Source of the DNA: a virus
Taxonomy: Duplodnaviria > Caudoviricetes
DNA length: 28,976 nucleotides
Virus record (IMG/VR): IMGVR_UViG_3300020549_000023
Span: 1-28,976 of that record
Strand: one strand, 5' to 3'
Part shown: piece after piece, positions 19,719 through 27,857 of the stretch
Position numbering within the stretch: position 1 is the stretch's first letter
How the letters are laid out: each line of letters opens with the position of its first letter
Notes under the pieces: model-generated
Databases searched by the model: none
What the model saw: only the letters and a program-made list of their open reading frames with translations
What the model was told of the DNA's origin: nothing
Position numbers and translations under genes: made by a program

Positions 19719-20363
19719 ATGGAAATGAAAGTTTGTAAGAAATGTTTAATTGAAAAACCGTTAAATGAGTTTTACATTAAAAGAACAGAATGTATTGTAT
19801 GCGCTAAAGAATATCGCAAACTATCATATAAAAAAAACCCTGATAGACAAAAAGAACGAAGTAAGTTAAGAAACTTAAATGACCCTAACTATGCCAAGAA
19901 TTATCAAAAAAATAATAGAGAAAAAGTAAATAATACTGCTAAAAAATGGAGGGATGAAAACCCTGATAAATCTGTAGAGTGTGTTCTTAGATGGAGAAGT
20001 AATCATAAAAAAAAATACAATCAATACCAAAAATTATATCGAACCAATAATGATTTAGTTAAATTAAGTTCTAATATTAGGAATAGAATTAATAAATATT
20101 TAAAAATTAATAGAGTAAGTAAAAAAAATACAACTTTTGAAATTGTTGGGTGTTCTCCACAATTCCTTAAGGGATATTTAGAAAACCAATTTGTTGATGG
20201 TATGACTTGGGAGAATAGGGGTGAATGGCATATTGACCACATAATCCCATTATCTTCTACAAAAACAGAAGAGGAATTTTACAAATTGTGTCATTATACA
20301 AATCTTCAACCACTATGGGCGGAAGAAAATATGAAAAAAAGTAATAAACTAATTTTAAACTAA
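19719..20363 (+). CDS. HNH endonuclease (probable free-standing homing endonuclease)
   Basis: N-terminal CKKC...CIVC zinc site, basic helical middle, and C-terminal WHIDHIIPLS...HYTNLQPLWAEENMKKSN. Lys-rich, unlike the flanking structural genes. Confidence 0.87.
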   Translation: MEMKVCKKCLIEKPLNEFYIKRTECIVCAKEYRKLSYKKNPDRQKERSKLRNLNDPNYAKNYQKNNREKVNNTAKKWRDENPDKSVECVLRWRSNHKKKYNQYQKLYRTNNDLVKLSSNIRNRINKYLKINRVSKKNTTFEIVGCSPQFLKGYLENQFVDGMTWENRGEWHIDHIIPLSSTKTEEEFYKLCHYTNLQPLWAEENMKKSNKLILN

Positions 20364-20370
20364 AAAAAAT

Positions 20371-21279
20371 ATGGCGATCGGTTCGTACGGTACTATAAGG
20401 CCGAGTGATGTCTCACCTGAAGATGTCCAAATCATACTCAATTATACACCATCAAGAGATGTTACAGATAACTTTATCTTAACAGAACTTGACGCACAAA
20501 CATTATTAAAACCATATTTCAATAATACGGAGACAGGCGGAAACGCAAATGTTGAGGTTTTAGGTGGATTATATAACTTAACATTACCTGCAGAACAATT
20601 TAATGCGCTTGGGATTTACACTTTATACTTAAGACCTGCTCAAATTAGAACCAGAATTACAGATTGTGGTGTATTAAGTGCATTACCAAACGTTAAGGGT
20701 ATCATCATTGATATTTCAAACGTACCAGTACAATTTCAAAATAAATTTGTACCACAAGGATTGGTTGGATTTAGAATTGAATATTTAAATGCCGACGGGT
20801 CAAAAATACCTAATTTCTTTAGAGTTGTTACTTCATCATTCTTCTGTGAACCAGTTGTTACGAATGAAATTAATACAACCCAAAAATCTATAAGATATAG
20901 ATATGTTGATGGTAGTTCAAATTTAATATTTTTAACACTATCACCATCATCATCACCAACAAACAAGCCAAATGCAACACCGTTTATTGGCCAACCAAAC
21001 CAAAATATCATAATTAGTAATACTTTTTTTAATCCTGTTACATTAGAGGTTGAGATGGTTGAGTATGATATTTCGTCTCTTGCAATTGCTCTTTACGGTA
21101 ATCAAACCAAATCTATTGATGACGGTATCTATACAATTTACGATTCTGAAAATAACATTTACAGACAATACAACTTGTATGAAATTAGAGACCAATTTAA
21201 CGCATTACTTTATGAGGTTAGACAAAGTAGAGGAAATAATATTGATTTTAGTAAAAACTTTACAACAATAACAACTTAA
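20371..21279 (+). CDS. Putative virion structural protein
   Basis: 302 aa, beta-rich, TAATG-coupled to the next gene. Confidence 0.6.
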   Translation: MAIGSYGTIRPSDVSPEDVQIILNYTPSRDVTDNFILTELDAQTLLKPYFNNTETGGNANVEVLGGLYNLTLPAEQFNALGIYTLYLRPAQIRTRITDCGVLSALPNVKGIIIDISNVPVQFQNKFVPQGLVGFRIEYLNADGSKIPNFFRVVTSSFFCEPVVTNEINTTQKSIRYRYVDGSSNLIFLTLSPSSSPTNKPNATPFIGQPNQNIIISNTFFNPVTLEVEMVEYDISSLAIALYGNQTKSIDDGIYTIYDSENNIYRQYNLYEIRDQFNALLYEVRQSRGNNIDFSKNFTTITT

Positions 21280-24263
21280 TGGCGGTAGAAACTAAAAATA
21301 CTAAATTTTTTTATCCCCCTAGACCAGGTAGTGGTGCGGGTACCTTCTCTGACAACATTGTAGGATTACAAACTGTTGAGGGAGGAGGACTTACGCAAGG
21401 TAACTTTGAGTTTACTACGGGTGTAACAGAAAAGGTTAATAGAACCTTTAATGTTGGGGCTTTCTCTGAACCAATGTCTTTGGACATGATGGGTATTGAA
21501 AATTTAGAGGAAAGCAGAAGAATTATGGCAACCCAATTTAGGGTTTATCCAAATTACGACATTTCTCAAGTTTTAAATTTTTCAATGTATGGTTCATTGT
21601 CTAAAAGATTTAGTGTGTCTATCACAAAAATCATTAATTATTTTCCTGCATCATTAGATGTGGAGTTTAATAATGATGATTATACGACGGGTAATACTGC
21701 TTATGACATCGCATACGACCTTCAAAATGATGAAACATATTTTAAAGTAAACGTTTCTCGAATTAACAACCCGTTTGATATTGATTATTCGATTAGTGCT
21801 GCCACTAACCTATCAATTAGAGAATTAGAAGTATCTCCCTATAGAAACTTATATAACACTTATTTAGATTATTGTGTTAGTATTAATGACAATATTTTTA
21901 ACCTACTTGCGTTTGTTCCGTCAGAAACTTTATCCTCAGGGTATATAGAATTTTTTGTGTCAGGGGATCCTTTTGGTACTACAGCAACCACTAGCAATGA
22001 TGACTTTCAAATTAGACCAAACGATTTTATTGTCGATAAAGTTTTTCAAGAAACATTTGATGAGGTTGAAAAGTTTTTAGTTAATAGATTGGTGAGACCA
22101 GAATATACTGCGGTATTTCAAGTACCGCAACAAAATGAATTTGGCCAAACATACACAGAATATAAACAAGTTACTTGGCCAAAACAAGGTCCTTGGAATT
22201 TAGACATTCGTTCATTTTTGTTTGACAGATATCTTGAAGAAATTCAATCAATTGCAGTTAACTTAGATTCGTTCAAAACTAATTTAATTTCAAGATTTTT
22301 AATTACGGATTCGTTAAAAGAGTTTGACACTTTAGGACAAAAAGTTGAAAAAATATTTCAAATTTATGGTAGAAGTTTTGACCAAATAAAACAATTTATT
22401 GATGGGTTGGCGTATATGAATTCGGTTAATTATAACCCTTCAAATGATATACCTTCTGAGTTGTTAGTTAATTTATCAAGAACGTTGGGATGGTCGTCAA
22501 ATTTTTCACCAATCACCAACGAAGACTTCTTAAGTTCAGTATTCGGTAATACATCAACTCCGACATATCCAGGATATGCCAGAGCTCTTACACCGACTGA
22601 ATTAAACTATGCTTATTATAGAAATTTAATTCTTAACGCTTCATACCTTTTTAAATCAAAAGGAACTAGAAGGTCTGTTGAATTTTTATTGAGATTAGTT
22701 GGAGCACCTGATTCGTTAATAGAATACAACGAATACATTTATTTGGCGGACCAAAGAATTAATCTTGACCAATTTGATACTCAATGGGCTAGTATTTCTG
22801 GCGGAACATATGTTAATGATGTTCCCGCGTATTTACCGAGTGAAACATTTAAAATTAAGGGACAATTATATACCGCATTTACATCAACTGCAACATATGA
22901 AGATGTTAGTATTAATTTAACGGATTATCCAATTGACGCTGAAGGTTATCCTAAAGCACCTGCAAATACGGAAACGTTCTTTTTTCAAATTGGTTCTGGT
23001 TGGTATGAAACAACACCACAACATAGAAGTCCTGATCAAGTGCAAATCACAGGAAATGTCTTTACAGGTCAAAATTTTAATATTCAGACTCAATTAACAC
23101 CTTTCACTTATGGTCAAACTTATCTTAACAGATATAGAGATTTTCCATATATGAATGAAGGGTTTAAATTACAAAAAGTTGTTGATAATAATAAATCTTG
23201 GTTATCTGATGATGATAGAATTAGAGTTTCAACCCAAGGGGATTACAATGCCTATTATTTTGTGGATAATGAGAAATTGGTATTAAACGTTAAGAATGTT
23301 GATATATTTTTAAATCCAGCTCAGGGTATCGTATATGATGTTTGGAATCAATCGGTTCAATATGATTATCCAATTCCTGAATCAGGTTTAACTGTTGGTT
23401 ATCCTGTTCCTGGTGGGGTTGATTGGACTTACATTAATCCTGAACCAAAGAAAAAAACATTCTTTGAATTTTCTCAAACTTTTTGGGAGAACATGATTAA
23501 CACAAGAAACAGACAATATATTACAGATGGTAAAACAGGTGGATATCCGACATTACAATCAATATTTTGGAAATACATTGAATCTGAACAAACTGTTGGG
23601 TTACCAAACAACAAATATACTTACCAAAAATTAATTGATTATGTTGATGGTATTGGTCCTTATTGGACTAAGTTAGTTGAACAAATGGTTCCTGCAACAA
23701 CAATTTGGAATGGAGGGGTTAGATTAGAAAACTCAATCTTTAATAAACAAAAGTTTGTTTATAGAAGACAAAGAGGATGTCAATTTATTCCAGTCCCTGT
23801 TGACCCATGTTTTATTATCTCAAATATATTTGATTATACATGTAATACCGAATATGCGGATTTTAACGTTTATCCATGGTTTAATGGAGATGTTACGGTA
23901 TCAAACTTTAGTAGTATTTTAGGTAATAGAATTAATAATATGTTATCTCAAAGTGGATTAACGCTTAATCAATGTTATGAAAATTCAGTATTAACAGATT
24001 GGTTTGTTGATTTAACAATCAATAACGAAGAAATAATTAAAGAGTCCTTTTATACTGGTTACGGTATTACTGATGTACCAACTAACACACAATGGAGAAA
24101 TGCTTTAATAAATTATTTACCTCAATTATATAATTATGGGTATACATATTACTTAAATGGTAATACATTAACAATAACAAATTTAACGTGTTTAACTCAG
24201 AATATAGTGGATACTGTTTCGTTAAACGTTGGAATAAACATTAGTATTAACTGTACAGAATAA
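21279..24263 (+). CDS. Putative baseplate wedge protein (T4 gp7 / P2 gpI-like core)
   Basis: IPSELLVNLSRTLGW...YYRNLILNASYLFKSKGTRRSVEFLLRLVG resembles the gpI/gp7 'L..LA..LG...KGT' core. Lies downstream of the gp25 and gp6 homologues. Confidence 0.6.
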   Translation: MAVETKNTKFFYPPRPGSGAGTFSDNIVGLQTVEGGGLTQGNFEFTTGVTEKVNRTFNVGAFSEPMSLDMMGIENLEESRRIMATQFRVYPNYDISQVLNFSMYGSLSKRFSVSITKIINYFPASLDVEFNNDDYTTGNTAYDIAYDLQNDETYFKVNVSRINNPFDIDYSISAATNLSIRELEVSPYRNLYNTYLDYCVSINDNIFNLLAFVPSETLSSGYIEFFVSGDPFGTTATTSNDDFQIRPNDFIVDKVFQETFDEVEKFLVNRLVRPEYTAVFQVPQQNEFGQTYTEYKQVTWPKQGPWNLDIRSFLFDRYLEEIQSIAVNLDSFKTNLISRFLITDSLKEFDTLGQKVEKIFQIYGRSFDQIKQFIDGLAYMNSVNYNPSNDIPSELLVNLSRTLGWSSNFSPITNEDFLSSVFGNTSTPTYPGYARALTPTELNYAYYRNLILNASYLFKSKGTRRSVEFLLRLVGAPDSLIEYNEYIYLADQRINLDQFDTQWASISGGTYVNDVPAYLPSETFKIKGQLYTAFTSTATYEDVSINLTDYPIDAEGYPKAPANTETFFFQIGSGWYETTPQHRSPDQVQITGNVFTGQNFNIQTQLTPFTYGQTYLNRYRDFPYMNEGFKLQKVVDNNKSWLSDDDRIRVSTQGDYNAYYFVDNEKLVLNVKNVDIFLNPAQGIVYDVWNQSVQYDYPIPESGLTVGYPVPGGVDWTYINPEPKKKTFFEFSQTFWENMINTRNRQYITDGKTGGYPTLQSIFWKYIESEQTVGLPNNKYTYQKLIDYVDGIGPYWTKLVEQMVPATTIWNGGVRLENSIFNKQKFVYRRQRGCQFIPVPVDPCFIISNIFDYTCNTEYADFNVYPWFNGDVTVSNFSSILGNRINNMLSQSGLTLNQCYENSVLTDWFVDLTINNEEIIKESFYTGYGITDVPTNTQWRNALINYLPQLYNYGYTYYLNGNTLTITNLTCLTQNIVDTVSLNVGINISINCTE

Positions 24264-26407
24264 TGGCGGCATATGAATATAATATATCAATAACAGGGGA
24301 TTGTCAAAATACAAATTCTGGCGCAATTTATTTGACTTTAACTGGTGGTACTCCACCATATACGGTTGAATGGGTTGACCCAAATTTAGGTGCCGATGTT
24401 GTCATAGATATGATACCATCAATTAGAACATCATTAAGTGCTGATACATATGCGGTCAGAGTTAATGACAGTACGCTACCGACTAACCAAGAATTTTATA
24501 TTAATATACCTGTATCGTCAGGTGTTTGTGCAACTATACTTGGAGTACAAGGGACAACATGTTCTTTAAATAACGGTTCGGTAACTGGAAGTTCTTCTTC
24601 AGATTATTCTAGTACTAATTTTTATTTATATACTTCTAACGACATATATATAACGTCGGCAATTACAAGTGTAAATCAAGTTATTTTTGGCACTTTGAGT
24701 GCGGGAACCTACTACATGGAAGTGGTTGATTTAGGTGGATGTACAGGGTATAGCCAAAATTTTATAGTTGAGGATTCAGATACTTTGGATTTTGGTTTAT
24801 ATGCGGTACCAAATTCTAGTTGTGGTGGAGTACCTATAGGTAAAATTACAATAACAGGAGTGACAGGTACGCCACCATATACATATAATTGGTCTACAAG
24901 TGCAACTGGAACAACTGTAACGGGGTTAACTTCGGGTACTTATTCTGTTTCGGTCACAGATTCATATGGGTGTGTTACCACAAAAAGTGCAACAATTGTT
25001 GATGTTAATCCTGTTGGATTAGGTTCTTTTACTGCAATACAACCAAGTTGTTTTGCTGCTGATGGTTCTTTTACAATACAAATTACTGGAGGAACTGCAC
25101 CTTATTATTATTCCGCGTCAACTGGAAGTGTTCAAATTCAATATGGTACTTCTTTTACTGTTTCAGGTTTATCTCCTGGAGACTACTCAGTTCAAGTGAC
25201 TGATGCCGCGTTATGTTCATTTGTTGCAGGAACTGTATTAACGTCACCACAAGGGATTACCTCAGTTAACATTAATTCTGTGGGTTCAACTTGTTCTAGC
25301 GACGGTGGTTCAATACAAATTTCAGTTTTTGGTGGAACAACACCATACATTTACACCTTAATATATCCTAACGGTAACACAACAAATGTCACCAACACTT
25401 TAACCACTCAAATATTTTCAAATTTAGCTAGTGGAACGTATAGTGTTGCAGTACAAGATGCCGCGGGGTGTTCGTATATAGATGAAATTACTTTATTTGC
25501 AACAAACACATATACAATCTCAACCGAAGTTACAAGTACAACTTGTAATCAAGACAATGGTTCAATCTTAGTTACAAGAACTGAAGGTGGGGCAGCACCT
25601 TATGATTATTCTTTGGATGGTATTCAAAATGTAATTGATACTACACTATCTGCAGTTACGTTTACAAACGTTGCTTCAGGGCAACATACAATAACGGTTA
25701 CAGATGCTACAGGATGTACACAAACAACTCAAGTGTATGTTAATGAAAGTGTGCCATTAGATTTTACGTTATATAGTACTTCTTGTGGCGAAGGTTCTGA
25801 TGGAACATTAACGGCTTTAATCTCAACTGGCACACCACCATTTACGTTTGATTGGTCAAGTAATGTTCAAACTAATCCACAACAAATTCAAGTTACAGGG
25901 TTAACTGCTGGTACATACAGTTTAACTGTTGTTGATAGTATTGGTTGTTCTTTAACTAGAAGTACATTAATTGATTGTCAAGGTCTTTATGTTTCATACC
26001 AAACTTATGTTATGGGTGGTGAACAGTTCAACATCCAATCACAAACAAAGTACGGTTTACTTCAAATGTTAAATGAAGGTTTTGATGATTTGACTAACGA
26101 TAAAGTTAGTTGTGATTTATTATCTGCGGTATTTGGTGTTAAAGTTTCTGTTAATCCAATGGGGTTAACAACCAATCAAAACTTTTTTACAGGAACAACT
26201 TTGGTTAACGCTCCAAGTGACAATCTTTATTATGATACGGTTAAAAATTTATTATTAACAATTCCTGGTGTTGGTGGTGTAACTATTGATGCATTTAATA
26301 ATCAAATAACAGTTAGTACTGACCCAAATAATACAACATTAAACGGGCAAGAAATTGTGGTTGAATTAACTATAGTTTACGATATTATGTGTTTGTCGTG
26401 TGATTAA
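24263..26407 (+). CDS. SprB-repeat-containing protein (putative virion adhesin/decoration)
   Basis: About seven repeats of C...G.I....GGT.PY.Y.W/L......L.(A/S)GTY.V.V.D..GC, the SprB repeat pattern of Bacteroidota. No signal peptide visible. Confidence 0.78.
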   Translation: MAAYEYNISITGDCQNTNSGAIYLTLTGGTPPYTVEWVDPNLGADVVIDMIPSIRTSLSADTYAVRVNDSTLPTNQEFYINIPVSSGVCATILGVQGTTCSLNNGSVTGSSSSDYSSTNFYLYTSNDIYITSAITSVNQVIFGTLSAGTYYMEVVDLGGCTGYSQNFIVEDSDTLDFGLYAVPNSSCGGVPIGKITITGVTGTPPYTYNWSTSATGTTVTGLTSGTYSVSVTDSYGCVTTKSATIVDVNPVGLGSFTAIQPSCFAADGSFTIQITGGTAPYYYSASTGSVQIQYGTSFTVSGLSPGDYSVQVTDAALCSFVAGTVLTSPQGITSVNINSVGSTCSSDGGSIQISVFGGTTPYIYTLIYPNGNTTNVTNTLTTQIFSNLASGTYSVAVQDAAGCSYIDEITLFATNTYTISTEVTSTTCNQDNGSILVTRTEGGAAPYDYSLDGIQNVIDTTLSAVTFTNVASGQHTITVTDATGCTQTTQVYVNESVPLDFTLYSTSCGEGSDGTLTALISTGTPPFTFDWSSNVQTNPQQIQVTGLTAGTYSLTVVDSIGCSLTRSTLIDCQGLYVSYQTYVMGGEQFNIQSQTKYGLLQMLNEGFDDLTNDKVSCDLLSAVFGVKVSVNPMGLTTNQNFFTGTTLVNAPSDNLYYDTVKNLLLTIPGVGGVTIDAFNNQITVSTDPNNTTLNGQEIVVELTIVYDIMCLSCD

Positions 26408-26417
26408 AATATAAGAA

Positions 26418-26756
26418 ATGGTACAAATAAGAATAACAGAAATATCAGGTGGAACTTACCCAATCAATGTCTTTCTTGCGGATGTTTATGGTAACAATCA
26501 AACTTTTCTTGGGACGATAGATCCAGGACCAGTTCCTCCCGCACAAAAATATAATTCAACTATTCCTTCAATTTTTGAAACCGCACCAGAGGTTATGTTA
26601 TTGTTAGTAGATGATAATAATTGTAGTGTCTTTAAAATTCTTGATTGTACATTTGGTTGTGCCTTTGAAATAACCATTGAAATGGCGTCTTGTATTGTAG
26701 ATATGACTATACAAGAATCTAACTGTATTTTTAACATAATCTCAACCGAAATATAA
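26418..26756 (+). CDS. Small hypothetical protein (Cys-containing, probably structural)
   Basis: 112 aa in the operon, five Cys in the C-terminal half. Confidence 0.6.
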   Translation: MVQIRITEISGGTYPINVFLADVYGNNQTFLGTIDPGPVPPAQKYNSTIPSIFETAPEVMLLLVDDNNCSVFKILDCTFGCAFEITIEMASCIVDMTIQESNCIFNIISTEI

Positions 26757-26760
26757 TAAT

Positions 26761-26782
26761 TTAGTTTTTTATTAAAAACTAA
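26761..26782. repeat. AT-rich inverted repeat
   Basis: TTAGTTTTT / AAAAACTAA just after the 26756 stop. Weak stem, upstream of a TATTTATT variant motif at 26805-26812. Confidence 0.4.
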
Positions 26783-26826
26783 CAATCAAATATTATATCT
26801 GTGGTATTTATTTAATAAAACTGCGG

Positions 26827-27828
26827 ATGACTACATACACTATTCTTGTTACTAATATTGCAGCAGGTTGTAATAATGAAATTGAACAACAACTTACATT
26901 AAGCGCCTGTACTTCATATATAGTAAGACTTACGTCTAACTCAAATGCTTTAGGGCCATTTAACGTTTATCTTGATGACGTAATATATTATTCAGCACAA
27001 ACAAGAACAGAAATGTTAAATGGTGTTGTGGTGAATATACAATGTGAAACACCAACACCTACACCAACACCAACGATTACTCCGACAAATCAAACTCCAA
27101 CACCAACTCCGTCAAGTGTTACGCCAACTCCAACACCAACAAATACTGAAACACCAACTAACACACCAACAAGTACATTAACTCCAACACCAACATTAAC
27201 TCCAACACCAACCAATGTTCCATTTAGGGCTTACATATTTCCAGAACCACAAGACAGTACATCTCAATTTGATATAGGTACTTTTACATCTGGTTTAGGT
27301 GGTAATTTTAATGGATTTAGTAATAATATTGGACCTGCGGGTGGTGCAACATATGCTGCTGACATGGCAATATACGCTCAATATCCAGGATGGAGCGGTT
27401 CAAGTGGTAACTTTATTACAAATGTTTCATTAATATCTAATGCAATTAGACAAGACTCAGGAACAGGCACTGATTCTCAAGGATGTCCCCAAAATCAATA
27501 TACATTTGGTAGTATTGGGGTAACAACATCTACAGTTAATCCTTCAGTTCAGTATGTGTATACAGTTTGGGTTCCATTAACGGGTGTTGGTGGTACATTT
27601 AATAATATGACGTTAGATGTTGGTACAGGTGCCGCTTGTTCAACATCAATTATTAACAATGGTATTCCTGATTCTGGAAATGCGGCAATAAATGTCGTGG
27701 TACCAAGTGGTTGTGCAATTCCTTCAGGAACTTACAGAATTTTATGGATGAATGAACTTTATTATGTACCTAATACATTACCATTAGGTACGACACTTTG
27801 GATTAAAGGAGATACAAAAACACCTTAA
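26827..27828 (+). CDS. Two-domain protein with a Pro-Thr linker (putative virion appendage)
   Basis: Short N-terminal domain, TPTPTP linker, and G/S/T/N-rich beta-type C-terminal domain. Confidence 0.7.
   Translation: MTTYTILVTNIAAGCNNEIEQQLTLSACTSYIVRLTSNSNALGPFNVYLDDVIYYSAQTRTEMLNGVVVNIQCETPTPTPTPTITPTNQTPTPTPSSVTPTPTPTNTETPTNTPTSTLTPTPTLTPTPTNVPFRAYIFPEPQDSTSQFDIGTFTSGLGGNFNGFSNNIGPAGGATYAADMAIYAQYPGWSGSSGNFITNVSLISNAIRQDSGTGTDSQGCPQNQYTFGSIGVTTSTVNPSVQYVYTVWVPLTGVGGTFNNMTLDVGTGAACSTSIINNGIPDSGNAAINVVVPSGCAIPSGTYRILWMNELYYVPNTLPLGTTLWIKGDTKTP
27049..27213 (+). repeat. Coding (Thr-Pro)n low-complexity repeat
   Basis: ACACCA/ACTCCA hexamer-based degenerate repeats encoding 55 aa of TP-rich linker. 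Confidence 0.9.
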
Positions 27829-27857
27829 AGTATAAAAAAATATAAAAAATATAGAAT

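Noticed and set aside
8372-26407. Bacterial contractile injection system (eCIS/T6SS) rather than phage
   Set aside because: It is contiguous with a phage-type replication module and homing endonucleases, with no bacterial housekeeping context.
422-26785. All minus-strand ORFs and short alternate-frame plus-strand ORFs in the track (e.g. 1141..1443, 1274..1570, 8458..8766, 12811..13041)
   Set aside because: They overlap well-supported genes, show no motifs and read as shadow frames.
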